Assembly (NCBI GenBank): GCA_015056625.1
Contig: SVFY01000007.1
Coordinates: forward strand, 30,248 to 94,247
Origin: Butyrivibrio sp.
Lineage (GTDB): Bacteria; Bacillota; Clostridia; Lachnospirales; Lachnospiraceae
Direction of reading: 5' to 3'
Length of the DNA: 64,000 nt
Shown here: piece after piece, positions 21,226-31,819 of the stretch
Layout: the number at the start of each line of letters is the position of its first letter
How positions within the stretch are numbered: position 1 is the first letter of the stretch
The notes under the pieces: model-generated
What the model was told of the DNA's origin: nothing
What the model saw: only the letters and a program-made list of their open reading frames with translations
The model's database searches: none
Position numbers and translations under genes: made by a program

Positions 21226-22230
21226 ATGGCAGATATTGTTAGGGTTGCTGTTGATGCAATGGGCGGAGACAAGGCTCCTTTCGTAACAGTTAAGGGCGCT
21301 GTGGACGCTGTCAATGAAGCTGATAACCTCAAGGTCTTTCTTGTCGGTCAGAAGGATAAGGTGGAGAGCGAGCTCTCCAAATATAAATATGACGGCAGCA
21401 AGATAGAGGTTGTAGACGCTACTGAAGTTATTGAGATGGCGGAACCACCTGTAATGGCCATCAGGAAAAAGAAGGATTCTTCCATAGTCAAGGCTATGTA
21501 CATGGTTAACCATGGCGAGGCTGATGCATATGTTTCAGCTGGATCAACCGGAGCAACTTTAGTTGGAGGCCAGGTTATAGTAGGAAGGCTTAAGGGCGTT
21601 GACAGAGCGCCTCTTGCACCGCTTATCCCTACTGAGAAGGGCAATTCTCTTCTTATAGACTGCGGGGCCAATGTTGATGCAAGAGCAAATCACCTTGTTC
21701 AGTTTGCCAAGATGGGAACTGTCTACATGGAGAACATAATGGGCATCAAGAATCCTACTGTTGCCATAGTCAATATTGGAGCAGAGGAAGAGAAGGGCAA
21801 TGCACTGGTTAAAGAGACATTCCCGCTTCTTAAGAATTGCCCTGATATCAACTTTATTGGAAGTATCGAGGCAAGGGACATTCCTGCAGGATACGCAGAT
21901 ATCATTGTTTGTGAGGCGTTTACAGGTAATGTTATCCTCAAGATGTATGAGGGTGTTGCCAAGTCAATGATGCACGTTATCAAAAAGAGTCTCATGGGCA
22001 GCCTTAAGACCAAGATTGGCGCACTTCTTATCAAGAATGATCTCAAGAAATCTCTTTCAGATTATAGTCTTGAGAAGTATGGCGGAGCTCCTATGCTGGG
22101 ACTTAAGGGACTTGTAGTCAAGACCCATGGAAGTTCAAGCGATATTGAGATCAAAAATTCAATTTTGCAATGTGTAACCTTTACAGAACAGAGAATAAGT
22201 GAGAAGATTAGCGCAAAGATTTCAGAGTAA
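21226..22230 (+). CDS. plsX: Phosphate acyltransferase PlsX
   Basis: AVDAMGGD, KKDSS, DCGANVD, NIGAEEEKG, GGAPMLG, KTHGSS. Confidence 0.97.
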   Translation: MADIVRVAVDAMGGDKAPFVTVKGAVDAVNEADNLKVFLVGQKDKVESELSKYKYDGSKIEVVDATEVIEMAEPPVMAIRKKKDSSIVKAMYMVNHGEADAYVSAGSTGATLVGGQVIVGRLKGVDRAPLAPLIPTEKGNSLLIDCGANVDARANHLVQFAKMGTVYMENIMGIKNPTVAIVNIGAEEEKGNALVKETFPLLKNCPDINFIGSIEARDIPAGYADIIVCEAFTGNVILKMYEGVAKSMMHVIKKSLMGSLKTKIGALLIKNDLKKSLSDYSLEKYGGAPMLGLKGLVVKTHGSSSDIEIKNSILQCVTFTEQRISEKISAKISE

Positions 22231-22276
22231 TCTGGCGCTGATAATATATTTTTTAATTAAAGATCGGAGACATAAT

Positions 22277-22513
22277 ATGGAATTTGAGAAGATGAAAGAA
22301 GTTATTGCTAATGTGCTCAATGTTGATCCTGAAGAGATCAAGCTTGAGACTACATTTACAGAGGATCTCGGTGCAGATTCACTTGATCTTTTCCAGATAA
22401 TCATGGGACTAGAGGATGAGTTTGATGTTCAGATCGATCCTGAGCAGACTGAGAATATCTCAACAGTTGGAGAGGCTGTTGAACTTTTGAAAAACGCTAT
22501 CTCAAATAAATAA
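22277..22513 (+). CDS. acpP: Acyl carrier protein
   Basis: DLGADSLD phosphopantetheine motif; ATG 22277 follows GGAG. Confidence 0.97.
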   Translation: MEFEKMKEVIANVLNVDPEEIKLETTFTEDLGADSLDLFQIIMGLEDEFDVQIDPEQTENISTVGEAVELLKNAISNK

Positions 22514-22520
22514 TTCATTG

Positions 22521-22549
22521 TGAGGCAGCCTGTGCTGCCTCAAATTTTT
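22521..22549 (+). terminator. Hairpin/terminator between acpP and rnc
   Basis: TGAGGCAGC-CTGT-GCTGCCTCA then AATTTTT. Confidence 0.65.
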
Positions 22550-22564
22550 ATATGCGGAGTTTAT

Positions 22565-23260
22565 ATGTTAAGAGATACAGATATTGAGAAGTTTGAGAAG
22601 CTTATCGGATATACCTTCAGGGACAAGGCTCTGATAACCCAGGCATTTACCCATAGCTCTTTTGTTAATGAGCAAAAGATAGGCAGAAAGCCAGACTATG
22701 AAAGGCTTGAGTTTCTGGGAGATGCCATACTTGAGATGATATCAAGCGCCTACCTTTTCAGGACCTTTCCTGAAAAGAAAGAAGGGGAAATGTCCAAAAT
22801 GAGGGCTTCCCTTGTATGTGAAGGAGCGCTGGCGTACGATTCTAATGCCCTTAATATCAGGGAGTATATCCAGCTTGGAAAAGGGGAAGAGTCAACCGGA
22901 GGCAGAAACAAGGAGTCTATCATAGCTGATGTAATGGAGGCTGTGATCGGAGCACTGTTTTTGGACGGAGGGATCGAGCAGTCCAAGCGATTTATTGACA
23001 CTTATATCCTGTCAAACATCGAGGCAGTCCAGATGTTTGTAGACAGTAAATCAATCCTTCAGGAGATAGCTCAGGGAGAGAATCTCGGCGAGGTAAGGTA
23101 TGAAATTTGTGGCGAAAGTGGACCAGAACATGATAAAATATTTGAGGTTCGCGTTTTCGTTGGAGCTGATAATTTGGGAGAGGGGACAGGAAAGACCAAA
23201 AAGGCCGCAGAACAGCAGGCAGCCTACAAGGCCGTTCTTGTATTAAAGAATAAGCAGTAA
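22565..23260 (+). CDS. rnc: Ribonuclease III
   Basis: YERLEFLGDA signature, DVMEAVIGALFLD, dsRBD GPEHDKIF...GKTKKAAEQ. Confidence 0.97.
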   Translation: MLRDTDIEKFEKLIGYTFRDKALITQAFTHSSFVNEQKIGRKPDYERLEFLGDAILEMISSAYLFRTFPEKKEGEMSKMRASLVCEGALAYDSNALNIREYIQLGKGEESTGGRNKESIIADVMEAVIGALFLDGGIEQSKRFIDTYILSNIEAVQMFVDSKSILQEIAQGENLGEVRYEICGESGPEHDKIFEVRVFVGADNLGEGTGKTKKAAEQQAAYKAVLVLKNKQ

Positions 23261-26200
23261 TGTATTTAAAATGCATTGAAATCCATGGCTTTAAGTCATT
23301 TGCCAATAAGATAAAATTTGATTTTCATAATGGTATCACTGGTATCGTAGGACCTAACGGCTCAGGTAAGAGTAATGTAGCTGATGCTGTAAGATGGGTT
23401 TTAGGAGAACAGCGTATCAAGCAGCTGCGTGGCGGAGCCATGACAGATGTGATCTTTTCTGGTACAGAGCTTCGTAAGCCCCTGGGCTACGCTTATGTTG
23501 CCATCACTTTGGATAATTCCGATCATTCCCTTGCGATTGATTATGATGAAGTTACAGTATCAAGGCGCCTTTACCGCTCTGGTGAGAGTGAGTACATGAT
23601 AAATGGCTCAACTTGCAGACTTAAGGATGTCAATGAGCTGTTCATGGACACAGGTATTGGAAAGGAAGGCTATTCCATTATCGGACAGGGTCAGATCGAC
23701 CAGATCCTTTCCAGTAAGCCTGAGGACAGACGTAATCTTTTTGATGAAGCTGCTGGTATTGTTAAGTTCAAGGCAAGAAAAGAGACCGCTCTTAAGAAAC
23801 TTGAGGAGGAGAAATTAAACCTTACAAGACTTTCTGACATTCTTTCAGAGCTTGAAAAACAGGTTGGACCTTTGGAGAAACAGTCTGAGGTCGCAAAAGA
23901 GTACCTTAGGTACAAGGAAAGACTTAAGACCCTCGATGTAAACATGTTCCTTGTGGAGAACAAGCAACAGAAGGAGCAGCTTGAAGAGGCAAGCAAGAAC
24001 TACGACATTGCTTCTGAAGCTCTTACTGAGGCAAAAGAGTCTTATGACAAAACAAGACAGGAATATGAGAACATCCAGAAGCAGATCGAAGAGATCGATA
24101 AAGAGATTGAAGAGATCAGATTAAGGATCACAGATTCTTCTGTTAAAAAAGAAAAATTAGAGGGACAGATAGGTATCTTAAACGAAAAGATAAAGTCTGC
24201 CTCTGATAATGATGCTCATTTCAGGAAAAGAGAAAAGGACGAACAGGAAAAACTGGATGTCCGCAACAAGGAAAAGGACAAGTACCTTGAAGAGAAAGAG
24301 CTGATCGATAAAGAAGCTGACACCTTATCAGCTGACAGAAATGAAGCAAGAAAAGAACTGGATAAAGTTCTTTCTCAGATCGAGGATATCAACAACGAGA
24401 TTGAAGAGTGCAAGAGCACTATCATCAAAACTCTTGAGACAAGGGCAAACATCAAGAGTAAGTTAAGTAGTCTTGATACCATGAAGGAACAGGTAAACAT
24501 CAGAAAGGCTGAACTTACAAGTAAGCTGGTTCGTGCAAGATCTGATGAGTCCAAGCAGGAAGAGACTCTTAAAAAGCTACGTGATGAGTTTGACAGCATC
24601 ACAGCTGAGATCTCTGAGATGAATAAGAAACAGAAAGAGACAGATGCTGAGATCGTGAGCATCCGTGAGAACATGTCTCTTAAGGATACAGAGCTTCGCA
24701 AGGCACAGGAGCTCTATCAGCAGGAAAAATCAAGGCTGGAGGCTTTGGCTAACTTAACCGAAAGATATGAGGGCTATGGCGGAAGTGTCAAGAAGGTCAT
24801 GGAAAGAAAGGACGATACCAAGGGAATCATCGGTGTTGTTGCTGATATCATCAAGACTGAGCCCAAATATGAGACTGCTATTGAAGTAGCTCTTGGAGGT
24901 AATATTCAGAACATTGTTACAGACAATGAAGAAACTGCCAAGAAGATGATCAGATACCTCAAGGATACCAAGGCAGGAAGAGCTACATTCCTTCCTCTTA
25001 CATCCCTTGATAATCCACCTGAACTCAAGGCCAAGGAAGCTTTGGAAGAGCCAGGTGTTCTTGGTATGGCTGATGAACTGGTTTCTACTGATCCAAAATA
25101 TAAGAGTGTAGCCAAGGCTATGCTTGGAAGGATAGTTGCAGTAGACAACGTTGACAACGCGGTCAAGATTGCAAGAAAGTACAACTACACAGTCCGTATG
25201 GTAACCCTTGAGGGCGAGCTTCTTGTTCCTGGCGGAGCCATAAGTGGTGGTGCTTTTAGAAATAACTCCAATCTCCTTGGAAGACGCAGGGAGATGGAAG
25301 ATCTCGAAAAGAATGTCAGGAAGTATAAAGACAAACAGGTGGAGCTCCAAAAAGAGATCGAGGACTCAAAGGCTAAGAGGAACGAGCTTCGTACTCTCTC
25401 TGAAAAGCTAAGGTCAGAGCTCCAGGAGAAGTTTATTGCCCAGAATACAGCAAGAATAAATGTTGAGAACGAGGAGACCCGTCAGAAGGAACAAAAAGGA
25501 AACTACTCAGATCTTAAGACTGAAAGTGATGAGATCGAGAAGAGGCTTCTTGAGATTTCCTCTGAGAAGGAAGAAGCTCTTTCCCAGTTATCAGAGTCAG
25601 AGGCAACAGAAAAAGAGTGCTCTGAAAAGGTAACAAAGTTCCAGGGGCAGCTTGAAGAACTCCATAAAGTTGAAGAACACGAAAACGAGAATGTGGCAAA
25701 GTGGGATATCCAGTATGAGAAGATAGCTCAGAAACAGGAATTTGCCCAGGCTAACATTGACCGTGTTGACAATGAGATCGCTGCTGAAAAGGAAGCTCTT
25801 TTGGAGATTCAGGAGTCCATCAGGAAAAATGAAGAGACTCTCACTCAGAGCAAAAAAGATATCGAAGAGATAAGACTTACTATAGAAGCTTCTACAGATG
25901 TTCATTCAGAGGCTTCCAAGCAGCTTGAAGAAAACAAAGAAAAGAAGAATAACCTCACTGTTTCACAGAAGGAATTCTTTAATAAGACAGAGGAGCTTAA
26001 TAAACACATGTCTGATCTGGACAAGGAAGTAATAAGGCTCTCCGGCAAGAAGGAAAGATGCCAGGAAGCTATAGAAGCTCAGATCAACTACATGTGGAAT
26101 GAATATGAGATCACTCTTACTGATGCTGCTGGCATGCGTGATGAGGAGATGACTGATATCCCTGCCATGAAGAGGGAGACAAGTTCACTCAAGGAATCCA

Positions 26201-26817
26201 TTAAAAAGCTGGGTGACGTCAATGTAAATGCCATTGAGGATTACAAGAACCTCATGGAGAGATACACATTTATGAAGACTCAGCACGATGATCTTATTAC
26301 TGCTGAAGAACAGCTCAAAGAGATCATCAAGGACCTTGATGAATCCATGCGCAAGCAGTTCGTTGAGCAGTTTGCGAGGATCAATGTTGAGTTTGATGAG
26401 GTATTTAAAGAGATGTTTGGCGGTGGTAAGGGTAGTCTTGAACTGTCAGAGGACGAAGATGTTCTTGAGGCAGGAATCAAGATCAATGCTCAGCCACCTG
26501 GAAAGAAGCTTGTTAATATGATGCAGATGTCCGGTGGCGAAAAGGCACTTACTGCTATAGCACTTCTTTTTGCTATACAGAACCTTAAGCCTTCTCCATT
26601 CTGTCTCCTTGACGAGATCGAGGCTGCGCTTGATGAGAACAACGTAGTAAGGTTTGCCAAGTACCTTCACAAGCTTAAGAACACTCAGTTTATCGTTATT
26701 ACCCATCGTAGAGGAACAATGGAAAGTGCAGACAGACTCTATGGTATCACCATGCAGGAAAAGGGTGTGTCAACACTGGTATCTGTAAACCTCATTGATA
26801 AGGAGCTTACGAATTAA
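23260..26817 (+). CDS. smc: Chromosome segregation protein SMC
   Basis: GFKSF, GPNGSGKSN, IIGQG, hinge GRATFLPL, SGGEK, LDEIEAALD. Confidence 0.98.
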   Translation: MYLKCIEIHGFKSFANKIKFDFHNGITGIVGPNGSGKSNVADAVRWVLGEQRIKQLRGGAMTDVIFSGTELRKPLGYAYVAITLDNSDHSLAIDYDEVTVSRRLYRSGESEYMINGSTCRLKDVNELFMDTGIGKEGYSIIGQGQIDQILSSKPEDRRNLFDEAAGIVKFKARKETALKKLEEEKLNLTRLSDILSELEKQVGPLEKQSEVAKEYLRYKERLKTLDVNMFLVENKQQKEQLEEASKNYDIASEALTEAKESYDKTRQEYENIQKQIEEIDKEIEEIRLRITDSSVKKEKLEGQIGILNEKIKSASDNDAHFRKREKDEQEKLDVRNKEKDKYLEEKELIDKEADTLSADRNEARKELDKVLSQIEDINNEIEECKSTIIKTLETRANIKSKLSSLDTMKEQVNIRKAELTSKLVRARSDESKQEETLKKLRDEFDSITAEISEMNKKQKETDAEIVSIRENMSLKDTELRKAQELYQQEKSRLEALANLTERYEGYGGSVKKVMERKDDTKGIIGVVADIIKTEPKYETAIEVALGGNIQNIVTDNEETAKKMIRYLKDTKAGRATFLPLTSLDNPPELKAKEALEEPGVLGMADELVSTDPKYKSVAKAMLGRIVAVDNVDNAVKIARKYNYTVRMVTLEGELLVPGGAISGGAFRNNSNLLGRRREMEDLEKNVRKYKDKQVELQKEIEDSKAKRNELRTLSEKLRSELQEKFIAQNTARINVENEETRQKEQKGNYSDLKTESDEIEKRLLEISSEKEEALSQLSESEATEKECSEKVTKFQGQLEELHKVEEHENENVAKWDIQYEKIAQKQEFAQANIDRVDNEIAAEKEALLEIQESIRKNEETLTQSKKDIEEIRLTIEASTDVHSEASKQLEENKEKKNNLTVSQKEFFNKTEELNKHMSDLDKEVIRLSGKKERCQEAIEAQINYMWNEYEITLTDAAGMRDEEMTDIPAMKRETSSLKESIKKLGDVNVNAIEDYKNLMERYTFMKTQHDDLITAEEQLKEIIKDLDESMRKQFVEQFARINVEFDEVFKEMFGGGKGSLELSEDEDVLEAGIKINAQPPGKKLVNMMQMSGGEKALTAIALLFAIQNLKPSPFCLLDEIEAALDENNVVRFAKYLHKLKNTQFIVITHRRGTMESADRLYGITMQEKGVSTLVSVNLIDKELTN

Positions 26818-27731
26818 TGGCCAGCTTTTTTGAAAAACTACAGAAGGGATTATCCAAGACCAGAGATGGTATTGTAAAAGGCATTGATAATGTTTTTTCC
26901 GGATATTCCAATATAGACGATGACTTTTATGAGGAACTGGAAGAGACCCTTATAATGGGCGATATTGGCGTAAACGCCACCAGCCGCATTATCGATCAGC
27001 TAAGAGAGCAGGTAAAAGAACAGAGAATAACTGATCCGGCTAAATGCAAGGCTCTTCTTATCCAGGATATATGGCAGCAAATGAAGATAGAAGAAGGCGC
27101 ATATGACTTTGAGGACAAGAAGTCAGTGGTCTTTGTCATTGGCGTCAATGGCGTTGGCAAAACTACTTCTGTTGGCAAGCTTGCAGCTGTATTTAAAAAG
27201 AAAGGCAAAAAAGTCATTATTGCAGCGGCAGATACTTACAGAGCAGCTGCTACAGAACAGCTTGCAATGTGGGCAGAAAGAGCAGGGTGTCCGCTGGTTA
27301 CAGGAAAAGACGGATCGGACCCTGCAAGTGTCATCTATGACGCGGCTGCTGCCTTTAAAGCAAGAGATTGTGATATCCTGATCGTTGATACAGCAGGCAG
27401 ACTTCATAACAAGAAAAACCTGATGGAAGAGCTTGCCAAGATGAACAGGATCATAAATAAAGAACTTCCTGGTATCTGCAGAGAAAACTTCATTGTCCTT
27501 GATGGAACTACAGGACAGAATGCCATTATGCAGGCAAGAGAATTTGGAGAAGCTGCAGATCTTACAGGAATCGTACTTACCAAGCTGGATGGCACATCAA
27601 AGGGCGGTATTGCAGTTGCAATAGTTTCAGAGCTTGGTATACCTGTTAAGTATGTTGGCGTAGGCGAAGGGCTGGATGACCTTGAGAGGTTCAATTCAGC
27701 TGAATTTGTTGATGCGCTTTTTGGGGAATAA
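26817..27731 (+). CDS. ftsY: SRP receptor FtsY
   Basis: GVNGVGKTT, DTYRAAA, DTAGR, TKLDGTSKGG. Confidence 0.97.
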   Translation: MASFFEKLQKGLSKTRDGIVKGIDNVFSGYSNIDDDFYEELEETLIMGDIGVNATSRIIDQLREQVKEQRITDPAKCKALLIQDIWQQMKIEEGAYDFEDKKSVVFVIGVNGVGKTTSVGKLAAVFKKKGKKVIIAAADTYRAAATEQLAMWAERAGCPLVTGKDGSDPASVIYDAAAAFKARDCDILIVDTAGRLHNKKNLMEELAKMNRIINKELPGICRENFIVLDGTTGQNAIMQAREFGEAADLTGIVLTKLDGTSKGGIAVAIVSELGIPVKYVGVGEGLDDLERFNSAEFVDALFGE

Positions 27732-27758
27732 TAAACATAGGGCACGGAGGAGGAAGAA

Positions 27759-28982
27759 ATGTCTGAAGAAAAGATGACTCTTGCAAAATTTGAAGAGGCT
27801 TATGAGGATGTAAAAAAAGTAACTCTTGATACTAAGCTGATCTACAGTGATTACTGGAGCAACGCAACAGGCAATAAGGTTTATCTCAAACCTGAGAATA
27901 TGCAGAGAACTGGTGCATACAAGGTTAGAGGTGCATATTACAAGATCACAACCATGTCTGATGAAGAGCGTAAGAAGGGACTTATCACTGCTTCTGCTGG
28001 TAATCATGCACAGGGTGTTGCCTATGCTGCCAAGCAGTATGGTGTAAAGGCTACAATCTGCATGCCTACTTCAACTCCTCTTATCAAAGTAAACAGGACC
28101 AAGGCTCTTGGAGCAGAGGTTGTTCTTCATGGCAATGTCTATGACGAAGCCTATGAAAAGGCATTAGAGCTTGCAAAAGAGCATGGGTATACCCTTGTTC
28201 ATCCATTTGATGACCTTGATGTTGCTACAGGACAGGGCACAATTGCCATGGAGATCATAAAAGAGCTTCCAACTGTAGACATTATCCTTGTACCAATTGG
28301 AGGAGGCGGACTTGCAACTGGTGTATCAACACTTGCCAAGCTCCTTAATCCCAAGATCAAAGTGATCGGTGTAGAGCCTGCCGGGGCTAACTGCATGCAG
28401 GAGTCCTTTAAAGCTGGACATGTGGTTACTCTGGACAGCGTAAATACCATTGCAGATGGAACTGCTGTAAAGACCCCTGGTGAGCATATTTTCCCTTATC
28501 TTCAGAAAAATCTCGATGAGATCATCACTGTTCCTGATGAGGACCTTGTGGTTTCATTCCTTGATATGGTAGAAAACCATAAGATGGTTGTTGAAAACTC
28601 AGGCCTTTTGTCAGTTGCTGCTTTAAAACAGCTTGACTGCAAGGACAAGAAGATCGCCTGCGTGCTTTCCGGCGGCAATATGGATATAATCACCATGTCA
28701 TCAGTGGTTCAGCAGGGACTTATAATGAGAGACAGGATATTTACTGTTTCAGTTCTTTTACCTGACAAGCCAGGTGAGCTTTCAAGAGTATCTGGTATAA
28801 TAGCAGATGTAAAGGGCAACGTTATCAAGCTTGAGCATAACCAGTTTGTTTCAATAAACAGAAATGCTGCTGTGGAGCTTCGGATCACACTTGAAGCCTT
28901 TGGCACAGAGCACAAAGAGCAGATCATAAGTGCTCTTAATGAAAATGGCTATAAGCCAAGGATAGTAAGGACAAATATTTAA
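27759..28982 (+). CDS. ilvA: Threonine ammonia-lyase with C-terminal ACT domain
   Basis: ENMQRTGAYKVRG, SAGNHAQG, PIGGGGL, SGGN, LPDKPGEL. Confidence 0.93.
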   Translation: MSEEKMTLAKFEEAYEDVKKVTLDTKLIYSDYWSNATGNKVYLKPENMQRTGAYKVRGAYYKITTMSDEERKKGLITASAGNHAQGVAYAAKQYGVKATICMPTSTPLIKVNRTKALGAEVVLHGNVYDEAYEKALELAKEHGYTLVHPFDDLDVATGQGTIAMEIIKELPTVDIILVPIGGGGLATGVSTLAKLLNPKIKVIGVEPAGANCMQESFKAGHVVTLDSVNTIADGTAVKTPGEHIFPYLQKNLDEIITVPDEDLVVSFLDMVENHKMVVENSGLLSVAALKQLDCKDKKIACVLSGGNMDIITMSSVVQQGLIMRDRIFTVSVLLPDKPGELSRVSGIIADVKGNVIKLEHNQFVSINRNAAVELRITLEAFGTEHKEQIISALNENGYKPRIVRTNI

Positions 28983-29860
28983 TGAATTCCAAAAAATTAA
29001 TAGGCAGAAAGAGGATACGTGAGTATCTGATCATTACTTTTGCATCACTTATCTATGGAGTGGGAACAAGCCTTCTTGTTGATCCCAATAACTTAGCTCC
29101 AGGTGGTATGACAGGTCTTGCAATCGTACTTAACAGACTTGTTGGAATAGGAACCGGTATGTGGTTCTTGCTTCTCAATATCCCGATCCTCGTTGTTGCT
29201 ATCTGGAAATTTGGGATCAGATTTACCATATCTACAGTGTATGCAACTGCAATGATCTCAGTATTTACGGATCTTTGCACCAGGTTCTTTGGCCAGTATG
29301 TCATCCATGACATGATCCTTGCTGTTACATTTGGATCTGCCATGACCGCTGTAGCCATCGGCCTTATTTTTAAATGCCATGCAACAAGTGGTGGCACTGA
29401 TGTTATAATTAAACTGTTAAGACTTAAATACCCTCATATCAAGACAGGAGTTTTGTATATCCTGACAGATATGATAGTTCTCATAATTGCAGCATTTGTC
29501 TTTAACGATCTTGCTGCAGCTATGTATTCGTTCCTTTCCGTAATGGTAGTAAGTGCCGTTGTTGACTTTGTGCTCTACGGTAGGGACGGAGCAAAGCTTA
29601 TCTACATCATTTCGGACAGACCAGAGATAATTACAGCCCGACTTCTTACTGAGCTTGATATAGGCGTTACACATGTATTTGGAAAAGGAGCATACAGTGG
29701 TGAAGAAAAGAAGGTCATCATGTGTGCCATCAAAAAGAGATTATCTCCCCTTGCAGAGGACATCGTAAGAGAAGAGGATCCAAATGCATTTATGATCGTA
29801 TCCAGCGCCAGTGAGATTTTTGGAGAAGGCTATAAGAGCTATTTTGACGAGAGAATGTGA
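28982..29860 (+). CDS. YitT family membrane protein
   Basis: GGMTG, LNIP, SGGTD, GVT...GKGAYSG, DPNAF...EIFGEG. Confidence 0.88.
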   Translation: MNSKKLIGRKRIREYLIITFASLIYGVGTSLLVDPNNLAPGGMTGLAIVLNRLVGIGTGMWFLLLNIPILVVAIWKFGIRFTISTVYATAMISVFTDLCTRFFGQYVIHDMILAVTFGSAMTAVAIGLIFKCHATSGGTDVIIKLLRLKYPHIKTGVLYILTDMIVLIIAAFVFNDLAAAMYSFLSVMVVSAVVDFVLYGRDGAKLIYIISDRPEIITARLLTELDIGVTHVFGKGAYSGEEKKVIMCAIKKRLSPLAEDIVREEDPNAFMIVSSASEIFGEGYKSYFDERM

Positions 29861-30948
29861 GCATGCATAATTCCTTAGACACAAGAGAGCGCCGCGGCGT
29901 CAGAAATACACACAATATAATTTCTATTATATTCTTAAGTCTTGTTGCTTTGATGGGGCTTTCCCTTAGTATTGCCCTTCTTATCAAGAATGCATCACTT
30001 CAAAGGCAGGAGGATGCAGTTCAGAGTGAACTCGATGCTTTAAACGCAGAAGGCTATTACACTGAAGCTGAGGCAAAAGAGCTTGTTGAGGAAGTTAAGC
30101 TCGAAACTGAGGAAAACACAAAAAACTCTATAAGAGCCATGATCCAGGAAAAGCTTGAAAATGGTGAAGGAGCAACCTCCGCGATCAGATCTCTTTTCCC
30201 TGATCAGATAGTTGTTGCAAGCTCAGGAAGATACTATTTCTTCCCAATCAGAGATGATATTGAAAAGCACGGCTTTGAGCCTTCAGATTTTGAAGTGGGC
30301 GAAGATGGCTTTCTGGATTATGTAGGTGATGATTCCACAGTTACTGTTAAGAACGGTATCGATGTATCAAGATTCCAGGGCAGCATTGACTGGGAGAAGG
30401 TTTCTGAGGCTGGCGTTGACTTTGCCATTGTAAGAGCAGGACTTCGCGGAACCACAGAAGGAAAGCTTCTTACTGATGACTACTTTGTGGATAATGTTGA
30501 AGGTGCCACAGAAAATGGTATAGATGTGGGAGTGTATTTCTATTCCCAGGCTGTGAATGAGGAAGAAGCAAAAGAAGAAGTTCAGCTGATACTTGATCTC
30601 ATTGAGCCTTATGACATCAAGTATCCGGTTGTGATCGATATTGAGTCAGCAGAATCTGATACTGCAAGGACAGCGAATCTTACTACTGATGAGTATGAAG
30701 CAGTTGCCAGAACATTCTGTGAAATGGTGAGCAAGGCTGGATATAAACCAATGATCTATGGCAATGTCAAGTCCTTTACACTTCTCATGGATGCTGTTGA
30801 TGTGGATGATTACGACATCTGGATTGCATATTATGGACTTCCAATGTACTATCCATATCACTTTAATATCTGGCAGTACACCTCATCAGGCAGGATTGAT
30901 GGTATAGATGGTGATGTTGACCTTAATATCTGTATAACGGACTACTAA
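29857..30948 (+). CDS. Membrane-anchored GH25 muramidase/lysozyme
   Basis: N-terminal TM, GIDVSRFQG, GVYFYSQA, DIE catalytic DxE, WQYTSSG...VDLN. Confidence 0.88.
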   Translation: MSMHNSLDTRERRGVRNTHNIISIIFLSLVALMGLSLSIALLIKNASLQRQEDAVQSELDALNAEGYYTEAEAKELVEEVKLETEENTKNSIRAMIQEKLENGEGATSAIRSLFPDQIVVASSGRYYFFPIRDDIEKHGFEPSDFEVGEDGFLDYVGDDSTVTVKNGIDVSRFQGSIDWEKVSEAGVDFAIVRAGLRGTTEGKLLTDDYFVDNVEGATENGIDVGVYFYSQAVNEEEAKEEVQLILDLIEPYDIKYPVVIDIESAESDTARTANLTTDEYEAVARTFCEMVSKAGYKPMIYGNVKSFTLLMDAVDVDDYDIWIAYYGLPMYYPYHFNIWQYTSSGRIDGIDGDVDLNICITDY

Positions 30949-30952
30949 ACAT

Positions 30953-31819
30953 ATGGAACAGCAGTTTGACGCTTCTTTATCCTATGAAGCATATGAACAG
31001 AAGGGGTATCTCAACGAAGACTTTCATTTTTTTCATATAAAAAGCAGTGAGAGCGCAGATATTCCTTATCATTACCATGATTTTCATAAACTGATCCTTG
31101 TTTTATCCGGGGATGCGAAATATATGATCGAAGGGCTGGAGTACGAGCTTAAGCCCTTCGATTTTGTGCTTGTTAACAGGTATTCAATTCACAGACCAAT
31201 CTGGAATCCGGAAAAGACAGATACCATGTACGACAGGATGATCCTGTACCTCAAGGATGAGTTTCTTTTAAAATACGATCTTCTAGACTGCTTCAAGGCT
31301 GCCACAGAGAAAAAGAGCAGCGTGGTCAGGTTCCCTGGAAGTATAAGCTCCAAACTCTACGACGCCTTTAAGGGTATTGAAGCTGATATAAAAGATCAGG
31401 ATAAGATCTACAAAGGACAGCTCCGGCTTCGGCTTGATCTTTTAAATGCACTGATAAACTTTAATGAAGCCTGCATCACTGAAAAGAACTGCTTTGATAC
31501 CTCTGCAAGATATAACAGGAAAATCATCGAGATAATTGACTATATAGGTGACAACCTGTCAAATAACCTGTCTATAGACATTTTGGCGGATCACTTTTAT
31601 ATGAGCAAATATCATATGATGAGGCTTTTTAAGAATGAGACAGGGTATTCTATCCACAGATACATATCTGAAAAGAGGATCCTTTTTGCCAGAGACCTTA
31701 TAGTAGGTGGAATGCCTGCAACAAGCGCCTGCCTTGAGTGCGGGTTCAGAGATTACTCATCATTTAGCAGAGCATTTAAAAATCAACTTGGAATATTGCC
31801 GTCAGATATAAAGTTTTAA
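30953..31819 (+). CDS. AraC-family transcriptional regulator
   Basis: HYHDFHK cupin; HTH ending GFRDYSSFSRAFK. Confidence 0.92.
   Translation: MEQQFDASLSYEAYEQKGYLNEDFHFFHIKSSESADIPYHYHDFHKLILVLSGDAKYMIEGLEYELKPFDFVLVNRYSIHRPIWNPEKTDTMYDRMILYLKDEFLLKYDLLDCFKAATEKKSSVVRFPGSISSKLYDAFKGIEADIKDQDKIYKGQLRLRLDLLNALINFNEACITEKNCFDTSARYNRKIIEIIDYIGDNLSNNLSIDILADHFYMSKYHMMRLFKNETGYSIHRYISEKRILFARDLIVGGMPATSACLECGFRDYSSFSRAFKNQLGILPSDIKF

Noticed and set aside
26519-26545. SMC signature MSGGE instead of LSGGE
   Set aside because: Conservative change; all other ATPase motifs are intact
29857-30948. GH25 gene as a prophage endolysin remnant
   Set aside because: It has an N-terminal membrane anchor, is coupled to host genes, and has no holin, integrase or other phage genes nearby
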